From Enoplolaimus lenunculus (taxonomy: Eukaryota), in contig JASANG010003752.1 of the NCBI GenBank assembly GCA_030248215.1, forward strand, positions 744,001 through 808,000: a DNA stretch of 64,000 nucleotides. The letters run 5' to 3'. Made by a program: the position numbers and the translations under genes. Positions 12,301 through 25,217 of this stretch are shown in pieces; position 1 is the stretch's first letter, and each line of letters starts with the position of its first letter. The notes beneath the pieces are model-generated. The model saw only the letters and a program-made list of their open reading frames with translations, was not told the DNA's origin and did not search any database.

Positions 12301-15300
12301 GTAGATTAAGCATATTTCTAAGCGTAAGTATATGTGTTGAAAAATTGTAATCGTAAAACTGAGCCTAAAAGCTTAAGCCCAAGCAAAAAATATGGTCTTA
12401 AATTTAAGTTTAGTGTTTTCCAGTCCAACGAGAAATCAGAATGGTCCTAAAAGCAACTTGGTCCGCTATTGCTTGGTATTTCAAATAGGAGTTCGGGTAG
12501 CGGGGAATGATTCGTGGTTTTGGTAATCCAATATTCGCAACTCAAAAAGTCATCCACGTTATTCTCTCTAAGCTAATGTAGAGAATTATATCCACATGCG
12601 AGTTTCTAAGTTCGCAATTGCAGTGTCTGCAGATTAGATATTCAAATCACCTACATCGAGTGTACATCCACCAGACAACTGGTAGACACTCTGATTTTAA
12701 GAACGATATTAATTTGTCAAAAAAAAAACAACTACTAAAAAACCACAACCAACAACACAACAAACAACCACACAACCACCCCCACAACCGCAAAACCCCA
12801 AACACCAAAAAAAAAACTACGGCCAAGTGTGCGCTTTTTTACATTAGCGTAGACAGTATAACGTGTATGATTCATTAAGGTCTTGATAATAATGTGTATT
12901 TTAAAGTCAGATCACAACTGTTTAGGCTCATATACTATTAGGAACATCCCGTTATTCAGCTGGACTGAAATAGACGACTTATGGTTTAAATAAATCTTGT
13001 ATTTAGGCTTGTCTTACGCTTAAGCTTAGTTTAGACTTATTCTTACACCGAGGCACTGGCTTTGGGCTTTAGGCTTGGCAATATATTTAGGATAGGTACT
13101 GTAACACCTATAAAAGTTGGTTTCTGTTCGCAAATCCCGGTCTTACTTAAGTCGATACATCGTCCAATCGCTGACATTAACGCCGTCCAGTGTTACATTT
13201 TTGAGCAGTCCAGCGCGGAAATTCCACCAATTGCGATTCAATCCAGCACACGACCTGCCTTGATTTTCGACCAAAATATAAATCGGCTGACGTGGTTTGA
13301 AATTATAGGTCAAATTTTGCCGCACCGAAAACGGCCGTTGTATTATACCAAGCAGTTGCAAGGTTTCGCCAACATAAACATACGCTCTGTCGTGGACTGA
13401 TTCAACTTCGAATGATAATACTTTGCCAGCTAAGGTCAATGTAGTATTATAAACTGCGAATCCGTATCCAAAATTCAAATCTTCAAAGCTTAGCGGCCAC
13501 TGCGTATTGGTCAAATGCTGAGCAGCGTTTAAAGATACCATCATGTCGCTCAACGAAATAACGTTTTTTAATGAAATTGCATCGTAACAAGCGGTTGGAT
13601 TTGGGCTTGGAACCGGATACGGTATTCGATGTCCGGTTAACGATTCCATTAGTCCCCGGATGGCGAAATATTTTGGCCGAGGGTCACCAGATTCAGATAG
13701 CGGAGCGTCGTAGTCGTAGCTGGTAGTGATGGGCGCGAACAGAGTGGGTCCGACGCCTTCCGATCCTGCCGAGTACGCAAAGTTAGTGCCGCCTTCGAAC
13801 ATAAACATATTTAACGAGCCGTTCATGTGCCATATATCGCGAATACTTTGAATTATAGGAGGTATCGATCTGATTTGATGAGGGCCGCCCCAGTGATCTT
13901 CCCAGCCTATTAAAGTGAATAAATTATGGCTAACGTGAAAAAACAGGAGTGGAACGGTATTACTCCTGTATTCCTAAGCCTAAGCCTAAGCCTAAGCCTA
14001 AGCCTAAGACTAAGCCTAAGTTTAAGCCTAAGCCTAAGCCTGAGCGTAAGCCTAAGCCAAGCAAAAAATTAATCTAAACTTAAGCTAACTCTATTGCAGC
14101 CCCACAGAAAAACGTTGCCCATGATCTTTATATGGATCATAAATTATTAATAAAATGTGAATGTGAATTTGTTCAAATGGTCGTATTAATTGTTTAGAAC
14201 AACAATCACCTGTTGTTACTTGGTCTTGTATCTTTCAAACAAGCGAATAATAAGCTTCATAAATTAGCGCATTTCTCGCTTTCAATTGGTTTTTTACTAC
14301 GGTGCTAGTTTGAGATTTGCGACTATATGAATTCGCAAGATTGCTAACGTATTAATTGCTACCTGGGGATAGTCAGGGTGTAAACAGAGTAAAAATTACG
14401 GAAACGGATAGCGATCAAAAAACAGAATGAAAACGGAAAACGAATATTTAAGTATAATTACTTCAAACGGGTTTATTTTTCTACCAATGCAATTAAATTT
14501 TTCTTACGTTCACCTGCTGAAGTAAAGTTTTATAAAAATATAGCGAAAGCACCCAAAAATATTACCATTATAGACGAATTTTGGTTGGGAATTTTTTAGT
14601 TGAAATCTAACGTTTGCAGTGTATATATCTGTATTGAAAACCGAGTTATTTTTAAGTTATCTTCAACTAACACTGTACATAAAATAACAGAATTTCCTAC
14701 TGTTCTATAACGGAAGCGGAAATTGAAACTGATGTTCACCAGAAACGACAAAGAATATCCGGCACCATCCTGGTGATTAGTGCCATACGGAGTCGAGGAA
14801 ATGTGCTCTAGTTTTAGAAGTAAAAGAGAACTAATTGCGTAGAATATAGGAACTGTGATATTGATTCGCATTGGGTGATACTAAGAAATTGTAGACGTTT
14901 TCCTTCTAAACTGCAACTAAATGTTATTTCTTCGCTACCATTCTTTGTTGCACACCATTGTTCCCGGTTTCTGCATTGTTCTAAACTGTCAAATTAATTT
15001 AAAACTCCAAAAACTTCTAACTAATATTTACTTAATACAAATCAACATGAAAAGCTGTGTTTTTGTGTCAATCAAGCCTCCGTAACCAGCTTAACACGTT
15101 CAGAATCGTATACAAGGTAAATAATAGCGGTTACAATCCCTGAAATTTATGAAGACTATAGAAAACGACATTTTGCAGGCTGTAGAATAAACCTGCAAAC
15201 GTCACAAATTTCTATCGTTCGCTACGCTCGTTCACAAAAAATAGACGTTGTTTATCCCCATCCAAAATGAAACACTGGTTGCCTCCCCCCACGGAACTTG

Positions 15301-18300
15301 CCAGGCGACCTGATGGTCTTCCTTTTGTTACAAGATTGAAATTATCATAGAAGTGATTTCGTTCACAAATATTTATACGAAGTAAACGCGGAGAAATTGA
15401 CATTTCTTACCGTACCGGGATAAAATTCTGAACACACGCTAGGTCCGCGTTTAGCGTTATATCGCTTTTGTAGCTGAAATGCTTTTGTAATGATATCCGT
15501 GGTAGTTGGGCCAAAATCAACTGTCGTGTATGTTAGATTTGTAAATCCACATTTAACCATATTCTCTTGGCTTCCTATAATCATACTTTATACTATATAT
15601 GAGGAGAGTCATATGTTTTGACAACTTTAATGTTTTCCGGCATCATCCGGCGCTGTAGACACAAAATAAATTGTCTTGAAATTTTAAGACTTATACTTTC
15701 TTAAATTTTCTAGACATTAATGTCTTATGTTTCAGACATTAAAAGCCTTAAACAGCTCAGAATTTTGTGTCTGAAATGGTTAAAACATAGTCTTATATTC
15801 TAGAAATTACTTTTTACAATTTATTAGAGACAAATTTCATTCTTTTAAGAAATAGTTGTCTTATATTTAAGAATTTATTTTTTGATTTTTATGTATGTTA
15901 AGTTGCTCCGTTTATATTCTTAAGAGAGTATATAAATAATTGAATTTGAAAGGGATTTCAGGTTGAGCTCAGGCTACCCTGAACGTAAAGTTTACGTGTT
16001 GGACGTATCTTAGAATATAAAATTATGGAATTTGGTTGAGCTTAACTCCCAATTTTGAAGGCGACTTCTCTGGCAAGTTTCTAAGACATATATTTCGCAA
16101 ATGTCAGCAAAACATGTCTTTTATTTCAGACATATTTGTCTTTTATCTTTCCGACAACTTTGTATTGTATTTCAGAAATATTTGTTTTAATCGTTTATGA
16201 AACACACTCTTAAATTTAAGACATTTATGCGTTACAAATTTCAGACACAGATTTTTGAAAATTTTCAGAAACAATTAATGTCTTGCATTCAAGACATTAT
16301 ATATCTGCAGTCAAGATTAAGACATAATTGTTTTGAATTTAAGAAAATATTAGTTGAATATTAGAAAATGTTTTTGTATGTAGTGCACCGCGCAGCATCC
16401 CACGCAAACTGCCATACTCGTCGTACAGAGCTGCCAAAAATTTTTGTTCACAAATATTTATGCGATGTAACGTGTACAAAATTCACGTTCATTACCGAAT
16501 CTGACGGCATAAAATAGCCAATATTATATTTGTCGTGCGGCACCGTTTGACCAAGTCAATTTTTCGTTTGTGGCGCTATACTTTTCGACTCGACAAGTAT
16601 AGTGCCACCACACAGAGTTTATATGATAGAAGAATTTCATTCCCCACATACCATTTAATAAACGTTAATACTAAACCATTTAGTTCAGTGATTCTGTTTG
16701 CGTCCCATGTGAAATTTTAAATTTCACAAGTAAACCACTGGAAAAAACACAAAGGTGGTGGGTTGACCTCTAACTACCTACAACCGCGCAGGTACGCAAC
16801 CGAACGAAGCTAGGATAGATACCGTGTGTAGCCATCCGGAGCCGCATGTCACCGTTGGTTCCGTGCGTCACTAACCGGCGCCGTGCGTCACTATCCGACG
16901 CTGTTCGTACTGACCGACGCCGTGCGTCACGTCGTGCGTCACTGACCGACGCCGTGCGTTACTGACCGACGCCGTGCGTCACTGACCGAAGCCGTGCGTT
17001 ACTGACCGACGCCGTGCGTCACTGACCGACGCCGTGCGTCACTGACCGACGCCGTGCGTCACTGATCGACGCCGTGCGTTACTGACCGACGCCGTGCGTC
17101 ACTGACCGACGCCGTGCGTTACTGACCGACGCCGTGCGTCACTGACCGACGCCGTGCGTCACTAACCGACGCAGCGCGTCACTGACCGACGCCGTGCGTC
17201 ACTGACCGACGCCGTGCGTCACTGACCGACGCCGTGCGTCACTGACCGACGCCGTGCGTCACTGACCGACGCCGTGCGTTACTGACCGACGCCGTGTGTC
17301 ACTGACCGACGCCGCGCGTCACCGCCCGGCCCAGTGCGTCGCCGACCAGCACCGAGCGTCATCGTACGGCATCATACGTGAATTACTCACGTGCGATACT
17401 GTATGGTGACGGACGGCGACGGACGGAGTCCAATACAAGTACTCATAACGCCACCCTTATCCTTACGTCTAGGCTTACGATTTCAGCTTAACAATTTGCT
17501 TATACTACTTCTCTTTATACCCCGGAACGCAACATTGGCCATACCGTCCGTTGTGAACAATATTAGGTGTCTTCCAATATTGTCTGAATAAATCTGAGCC
17601 AATTGCTTTCGATATTCAGGGTCACATCCAAAACTGCCATATTCGTTTTCAACTTGCATAGAAATTATATTTCCGCCATTATTGTACGTTAAATTAACCA
17701 ACATTGGCAGCAATGTATCAAGATAACGTTTGACGTAGAACATAAAACTGAAAATGACCAAAAAAATAGCATATAGAATGATGACACGATTCCGTGTTTT
17801 AAAATTGTCAGCGGCGGAAACACAAGAATGGAGAATGTTCCCCCAAACCGGTATCACGACAATTCGTCGCACGACAACTCGTCGCTCCGCAACTTGTAAT
17901 CCAAATTTTATTGACTCGATAATTGGTCGCCCATAATTATGCTTAACCCTTTCTCACATGAATATTTTCTATTTCCCCTGACACCTTCCTTTATGCTAGG
18001 ATTCGCACTCCAGTGACTGGAGTCGGAGGCGTATACCATCACCACTCAGCTATAAGAGCTTGACGCTCGAGCCCGAGGGGGCTCTCACGCCTTGTGGTGA
18101 TTTAGTACTATGTATACGTGTTGCAATTGTTAATGTATATGCACTGCGCTGAGTTGCCTATAAGGAACTCAATGTGAGAAGGGGTTAAGATTAGGCTTAA
18201 ACTTAGGATTACGTTTAAAATTATGTTTATATTTATTCGTAGGCCTTAGGATAAGTTGTCGGGCGACGAATTGTCATAGATCCCTCAAACGGAGCTGCAC

Positions 18301-21300
18301 GTTACTCGCGGGTAACGCGGGCACGCGTAAGAAAATTTTGAATTTACGCGCGAGTAAATGCTGGTCTGGTAAAAAATTCAGCCGCGAGTATACCCGCGAG
18401 TAAAGATTTGTACCACAAACAGTTTTACCCATGCCAAAACTTTAGTAGTTAAGATGCAAAATATACGCTATTAACTAAGCTAGTTAGTGAGAGTTGAAAA
18501 AGCAAAATTTCTGCGTTTTATTTAGTTGTGTTTGAAATTTTGTTGTTTTTAGTAAGCTTTCATGTTTGAAATTTGTTGGAGCTTAAATCTTCACTAAAAA
18601 CAAATTACCAGCGATCTTTAAAGTACCGGTTTAACTTTAAGCGCGTGTAAGAGGTGGCTCGTGGGCAGATCATTTTAGCGCGGGTAAACCCGCAGGTGAG
18701 AAAATTCAAATTTGCCTGGGTAAAGAGCGGGTCGAGTAAAAAATCTCTCCTCACGTCCAACTGTGCTTAAACGTTCGACTGCTCATTTTGATTTGAACAT
18801 GCAACGTGTGTTCCTATCTCAGTAGAACGCAAAGTCGTGCTACAACTATTACTTGTCTCACCACTCGCCTGGGAATAGCATTCTTTGAACCATAAACTTT
18901 TCGACAATCAAAATTGTTTTGTGACATTTCAAATAATCTGGAACACGGGCGTAGCTAAGATTCTGGCTTTTGCATTGCCACAAGAATTACCTAATGTATA
19001 TCATTTTGGTTTTAAGCCTATTTATCTCAGCTGGTAGTTATGTACAAAAATATATTTGCTACAGTTATTGGAGGGCGGGCAATAGCCTTCTACTGTAGTG
19101 ACCCGAATGAGAGGGGGAACTGATATTTAATTGGCCTCTCCAGAGGGTACCCCTCCTTCCGTTAATCGATTACGGACAGTTATTTATTTATAACCCGCGC
19201 TCCGCCACCCTTCGGGACTGAAATATATCCGATACTGCAACTGTCCGTTGAATTAAACGTTTATTTGTCTTGTGCTTGTGTCAATAGCTCGAGCGATCGT
19301 AAAAGGTTATACTTAGGAATGTACTTTCAAAAGTTAGTACTCTTTAAAGTTTCAAACTCGAATTATGTGGTCATGGAGTCATTTATGCGGTACAATTATG
19401 GATAATTGACATTTGTGGACTCTAATTAGGGTTCATAGACTCTATCCGCTTACGCACTCTTGCTAAGGATACGGACTCCTATTAATTGGGACTCAAAATG
19501 GGGACCGCCATCTTATTATCCACCTCTTATTCGCTTCACTACAGTAGTTTCCTCTGACTTCGCGCTGATGCTGTATAGTTTTTACCAGACTTCGAAACAA
19601 CTAACTTGACATCGCTGGTTCTAATTTGAATATTGGGATGTAGTTTCAATAGCCACCACGGCAAGCCTCCAAAATCAACGTCGTTGTCTATATAAGGTCC
19701 TAAAAATGCGAAATAGACAAATGCTCACAACCGACGGTGGAATAAGGTCCTAAAAATGCGAAATAGACAAATGCTCACAACCGACGGTGGAATAAGGTCC
19801 TAAAAATGCGAAATAGACAAATGCTCACAACCGACGGTGGAATAAGGTCCTAAAAATGCGAAATAGACAAATGCTCACAACCGACGGTGGAATAAGGTCC
19901 TAAAAATGCGAAATAGACAAATGCTCACAACCGACGGTGGAATAAGGTCCTAAAAATGCGAAATAGACAATTGCTGACAACCGACGGTGGAAAAGTTTTT
20001 GTAAATTTTGTGCGACTGCCTAAACCGATACATATTTCGGTTGAAGTACTGCGAAACCTTTCGAAAAGTTTTTCCTTTTGGCCACCCATTATTGCCAAGA
20101 GTTGCAAGCGCCGAGTTAACCCGTGATGGCATTCGGTGAGTTAAAACTTTGCTTTTCTAATAAACAAAGCCAAATATTCAATAATCTCGTATGGCAAACG
20201 ACAAACGTGTCTTTTGGCCGGCCGCTAAAAATCCATAACGATTGTGTTGAATCAAATATATTTTAAAGCGGTGATAACGCGAAAATTATGTCATATTTTT
20301 GCGCTCGGGTGAAGATTTTTGTGTAATTGAAAAACTGTCATATTAGTTTTTGTTTTATGAAAATTTATTATGTGAAATTGGTATTTTAAAGTACGTGATA
20401 TAATTTTAATGTTCATTTTCGTGAATTTCTTTGTAAAAATGTGTAAGGTACGTTACTAATTTTCGTAGATGAATGATCTTTATTGATTTTGTAACAATAT
20501 ATTAATTTTTATAGGTAAGGGTTTATTTTAAAAATGTTGAAATTTGCCTTAAGACCGGCAAAACGTTAATCCAACACTCCACTGGAATAAAATACCTGGA
20601 CGAAGAATAACCAACAAATCGAGTTGCTTTGCGATCCGAATAAATTCAAACACATTTGCATCTCCTTCAAACGTAAAATTGCCTGGGGTTCGTTCGTGAA
20701 AATTCCACATAACGTAAGTCTGTACGGCGTTGAATCCTGCAGCACGTAGTCGCATTAGCCTGTCTCGCCAATACTGCCTTGGTATGCGAAAGTAATGTAC
20801 AGACCCTGAAATTTGGTGAAGTCGTAGACGATGGGACAACAGCAATGCAGGAATAATTAACCAACGCAACAACCATACCGTTGAAAACCTTGTACTTACA
20901 GGCCGGTAGCCAGTTCACCGTGCTCAGGGGGAAAACAATTTTCAGGATTGGCATACAAGGGTTTTCAATGACTTACAATATCTAGTTATATGTATGCATA
21001 CATATGTATATTGTGCAAAAAAATTGTGATAATTTGCATAGTTTTACTACTAAAGTAGCTGGAGCTGATGAATAGAAATTCAATATTCAAACCTCTACCA
21101 GAATATTTACTAAATTCTTGACGATTTTTGTGAGTAGATTTAGTTTGTAAAATTTAGAGCTGTCTGACTTTGGTCTTTTTTCCAATCGTAGTTACTGCCA
21201 GAAAAGTTTTTATAATTAAGTATGATATTGAAGACATATCTTTTCTTATATCTTGTCGCTCCGGCACTTGTGCTAACTGTTAACAAGTATATGCTAGCTT

Positions 21301-21981
21301 ATAGTTGTTTCGTTTACACAATAATCAGCTTCGTTCGATTGTTGAAAAAAGAGCTTTTTAATAGTTTTGAGTTCATTTTTAAGCAAAAGTAATTAAAAAA
21401 TTAATAGTAAACTAGGTGTGCTAGACCAGTCATCCAAATCAAAAAATGACGCAATTCAACTCAGCGTATCGCTTTTACACAGTAAGATTCATGAAAAAAT
21501 ATAAATTTCTGAACTGCAATTGCAAAATTAAACCCTATTTTAACAGTAATTGTATGTTTAATCAGCTTGTGACTTAGGGTACTTTCCTTAGAGCAACAAA
21601 TCAAAACAAGTGCTTTAAAAACGTATATATATACATATATATATTGCGACTTGAAACAAAAATTTGATAGCAGCAATAAAATATTACGTGCCAACTCCAA
21701 CTGGTGGAAATTATTATACCCAATTGAGAACAAGCTGCCTATTATGCCAGTCAGTGGCAAGAACTCCTTTTGAACGGCATACGTTATATACCTGACACAT
21801 ACTGGAAACAGGTCCCGTCTTTTGCAAAACACCCACGCTCATGGTTGATAACGAATGACTGATTAGCCGATGTGCCACTTTCATTATGAGTCAAACAAGT
21901 ACAGTGCAAAACGTGAGCGTAAATAGCAGCAATTGCATTCCATATTGCAAGAGAACAAAACTGATTAACAATCATATTCAT
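9328..21981 (-). CDS. GLB1: Glycoside hydrolase family 35 beta-galactosidase (GLB1-like), 8 exons, about 667 aa
   Basis: Exons 21981-21792, 20805-20596, 19699-19606, 17747-17545, 15574-15416, 13906-13147, 12125-11945 and 9534-9328 total 2004 nt in frame. Motifs: SGSVHYFR, TYVMWNFHE, QVENEYGS (acid/base Glu), SEFYPGW (nucleophile Glu), MFEGGTNF, TSYDYDAPLSE, GWGKGQVFINGFNIGRYWP. The N-terminus is hydrophobic. Confidence 0.93.
10323..10760. mobile_element. CTGTAG-TIR MITE, nested in an ACTTAAGTA-rich element (about 10260-11038)
   Basis: Aligns with 933-1294. The host element is related to about 4132-4505. Confidence 0.75.
11039..11137. repeat. 24-bp tandem repeat x4 (AATAAAGATTTCGGAAACCCAG..)
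   Basis: Seen directly, at the end of the ACTTAAGTA-rich element. Confidence 0.85.
13928..14139. mobile_element. Merlin-like MITE with a long (GCCTAA)n tract (about 13975-14058)
   Basis: Same internal layout as 3896-4113 in reverse orientation. Flanked by TAAATTAT on both sides. Confidence 0.7.
15659..16385. mobile_element. AT-rich element with many AAGACA/TGTCTT subrepeats
   Basis: About 15659-15960 is the reverse complement of about 1-306. About 22855-23250 is another partial copy. Confidence 0.65.
16861..17325. repeat. 20-bp GC-rich minisatellite (ACTGACCGACGCCGTGCGTC), about 22 units
   Basis: Seen directly. The flanks resemble the GC-rich element family also present at about 840-1391, 8300-8478 and 36000-36140. 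Confidence 0.92.
17947..18184. mobile_element. piggyBac-like MITE carrying a tRNA-derived segment
   Basis: TTAA on both sides and 13-bp TIRs CCCTTTCTCACAT / ATGTGAGAAGGGG. It is nested in another TIR element (about 17849-18283). Confidence 0.82.
19093..19544. mobile_element. CTGTAG-TIR MITE (inverted copy)
   Basis: TA|CTGTAGTGACCCGAAT ... ATTCGCTTCACTACAG|TA. Confidence 0.8.
19692..19992. repeat. 50-bp tandem repeat x6 overlapping the acceptor of beta-galactosidase exon 3
   Basis: TAAGGTCC recurs at 19693, 19743, 19793, 19843, 19893 and 19943. Five units are identical. Confidence 0.95.
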
Positions 21982-23430
21982 AGTAAAGTCTAAAATTCGA
22001 TTTGCAGGCGGCCGTGCTGTATGGACACTTGCAATGGAGTGACAGTTTTCAAATACGGCTATCAAAAATTGTAGATATTTGAAATAGAGTGAATCAAATT
22101 TAAAATAGGCATATTGTTAAATAGATTTATGATTTAAAATTAAACCAACTACTTTGAATTTTAGAACCAGTTGCAGTGGTGTTGACGAGAATAAAATTGA
22201 GTGACTGATATTTTTTGCCTCTCTGGAAGGCATTGCAGAAGCAGGCATGGGTGGGGGGCTTTCCCTAAATTCCAGGGTGGGGGGCAAACTCGCATAATTA
22301 AATGTTCAATTTGCAGCGATATTTTTCGTAAATTTTCAAAACCGTAGTTGAAAATTGGCATTGGAGCGTAAATTTGCACATTGCGAATGCGTGATTAAGT
22401 GGTAGACGCATTATATGGAGTTGGTACTGTCCAGTAGGCGCTGGCAACATTTTTACAAAAGTGGAGGTATTCTATTCTATAGCAGCAAGAACGTTTTTGG
22501 AGCAAAGCGAACCAAAGATTCGTACGGTTTGTAGTAGATTCTGCTATGCTACATCGTACCAGTGACTGTTATCCAGATACTTGGGCGACTGATAACAAAA
22601 TATGTATTCGGTTGTCTGCGTTGTCTCGAAAAATTGGTTTGCAGCAAAATTAAAACAGAAAATTCTATGTTTACGCAGCAGGTACAAAGAACCGTATTCT
22701 CTTCGTGTCTGGTGCTGCAGTATGCGCTAAAAATTTGCTCGCGGTCAGGTTTCAAGACAATGTGTGCCAGGCCTGCCGTAAGTTTATACTTCAGTGGGCA
22801 CGTTTGGGACCAGCCTATTGAAAGACAGAAAGACTACGGGATTTGAGTGGCTTTCACACAGAATAGATTGTCTTATATACAAGAAATATGGTCTGAAATT
22901 TAATATATAAAGTCTTAATACGGACTCCCCAAACATATATGTCTTGAAATCAAGACTTTCATTTCATAAATTTTTCAAAAATAGGGATCTGAAATTTTTA
23001 AGATTTGAAAGCCTGAAACTTAAGACTCCTTTTCACGAATGAATAAAGAAAAATGTTTCTGAAATATAAAGACAAATATATCTGAAATACAAGGGAACGA
23101 TTTTCTGGGGAAACTACTCCAAAATTTGGAGCTAAATCTCAACCAGATACCCTAATTTTAGCAAGTTAAGATGCGTGCGAGACGTAAACTTAGGTTGGGG
23201 GAAGTCTGAGCTTAACTCGAAATATCCTTGAAATTTGATTATTTTTGTGTATAACGGCGTATCCACAATTTGAATAAAATTGACCGAAATTTTGTTGCAA
23301 CAACAACTCTTTATTGATTTACCTTGAACTGAGATTTCCGAACTACAGTGTTAAAAGGAGTTATGCGCTTTTATGTAGGTATGAAAAAGATTTGGTCCAT
23401 GTATTTTTGGTTGTGTTGCATTGTGATGTT

Positions 23431-25008
23431 GGCCCATGTTACTATATAAGGCCGTTCCAGATTCCCGGGACACAAATATACCCGGAGTGGACACTTGTGC
23501 CCTCCTGTTTACATATGCACAGGCAGATATATTTACGTAGCATATATTTGTCCCAACTGTCCCTTCTTTCCCAACTATCCCAGCTGTCCCATCTGTCCCA
23601 TCTGTCCCAACTGTCCCATCTGTCCCAACTGTCCCAACTGTCCCATTTGTCCCAACTGTCCCATCTGTCCCAACTGTCCCATCTGTCCCAACTGTCCCAA
23701 CTGTCCCATCTGTCCAAACTGTCCCAACTGTCCCATCTGTCCAAAGTGTCCCAACTGTCCCATCTGTCCCAACTGTCCAAGCTGGCCTAACTGTCCCATC
23801 TGTCCCAACTGTCCCAGCTGGCCCAACTGTCCCATCTGTCCCAACTGTCCCATCTTTCCCAACTGCCCCATCTGTCCCAACTGTCCCATCTGTCCAAACT
23901 GTCCCAACTGTCCCATCTGTCCAAACTGTCCCAACTGTCCCATCTTTCCCAACTGCCCCATCTGTCCCAACTGTCCCATCTGTTCCAACTGTCCCATCTG
24001 TCCCAACTGTCCCATCTTTCCCAACTGTCGCGTCTGTCCCAAATGTCCCAACTGTCCCATCTGTCCCTACTGTCCCATGTGTCCCAACTGTCCCAACTAT
24101 CCCATCTATCTCATCTGTCCCAACTGTCACATCTGTCCCAACTGTCCCAACTGTCCCATCTATCCCAACTGTCCCATCTGTCCCATCTGTCCCAACTGTC
24201 CCATCTGTCCAAGTGTCCCAAGTGTCCATCTGTCCCAACTGTTCCATCTGTCCCATCTGTCCAAGTGTCCCAAGCGTCCCAAGTGTCCCATCTGTCCCAT
24301 CTCTCCCAACTGTCCCATTTGTCCCATCTGTCCCAACTGTCCCATCTGTCCCATCCGTCCAACTGTCCCATCTGTCCCAGCTGTGCCATCTGTCCCATCT
24401 GTCCCAAATGTCCCAATTGTCCCATCTGTCCCAACTGTCCCATTTGTCCCATCTGTCCCAACTGTCCCATCTGTCCCATCTGTCCAACTGTCCCATCTGT
24501 CCCAGCTGTACCATCTGTCCCATCTGTCCCAAATGTCCCAATTGTCCCATCTGGCCCAACTGTCCCATTTGTCCCATCTGTCCCAACTTTCCCATCTGTC
24601 CCAACTGTCCCATCTGTCCAATTGTCCCATCTGTCCCATCTGTCCGATCTGTCCCATCTGCCCCATCTGTCCCGTGTCCCTTCTGTCCCATCTGTCCCAT
24701 CTGTCCCGTTTGTCCCAACTGTCCCATTTGTCCCAAGTGTCCCAACTGTCCCCTCTGTCCCATCTGTCCCATCTATCCCATCTGTTCCAAGTGTCCAAGT
24801 GTCCCATCTGTCCCAACTGTCCTAACTGTCCCGCTGTCCCATCTGTCCCATCTGTCACAGACTCCCAGCTGTCCCATCTGTCCCAACTCTCCCGCTGTCC
24901 CAATTATATTTTTAATGTACTCCTGGTACATTGTTGTACCGGGAAAATTGGACGGGTACTCCTGGTACATTTCTGTTCCGGGAAAATGGGACAGCCTTTA
25001 CATTGGCC
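23431..25008. mobile_element. Merlin-like non-autonomous element carrying a 1.35-kb 9-bp satellite
   Basis: Termini GGCCCATGT...ACATTGGCC with a perfect 8-bp flanking duplication GTGATGTT (23423-23430 and 25009-25016). Confidence 0.8.
23549..24903. repeat. 9-bp tandem satellite (TGTCCCAAC / TGTCCCATC variants), roughly 150 units
   Basis: Seen directly. It explains the many overlapping repetitive ORFs in all frames. Confidence 0.97.
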
Positions 25009-25217
25009 GTGATGTTTAAGTGATATTTATACTTCAAGTCGACACTGTATTACGTTTTATAACTTTATCTTTTACGAAAACGTTTCCAACAAAGACTACT
25101 GCTAGCAAAATAAATCGATATTGCCAGAAATCTGTGCTGATTTTAGGCTTTTAGTTTTACTTTGGAATGAGGGAAACAGCTCGCATGAGGGCATTTATAA
25201 AACCAGCAAAATTTTAA

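Noticed and set aside
13975..14058. True telomere or chromosome-fusion scar (also 55329-55401)
   Set aside because: The tracts are short, internal, occur in both orientations and are enclosed by TIRs and TSDs.
19692..19992. CRISPR-like array
   Set aside because: The units are head-to-tail with no unique spacers, the context is eukaryotic and there are no cas genes. The same applies to 16861-17325 and the 25-bp arrays.
9328..21981. Horizontally acquired bacterial beta-galactosidase
   Set aside because: It has seven spliceosomal introns and animal GLB1-like motifs. There is no evidence for transfer without a phylogeny.
23314..25019. Long ORFs of 250-505 aa (CPICPN, GQMGQL, GTDGTV repeats) resembling metallothionein, collagen or antifreeze proteins
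   Set aside because: They are open in nearly all frames on both strands because a stop-free 9-bp satellite is being translated. Frame-shifting indels are frequent and the array sits within a TIR element.
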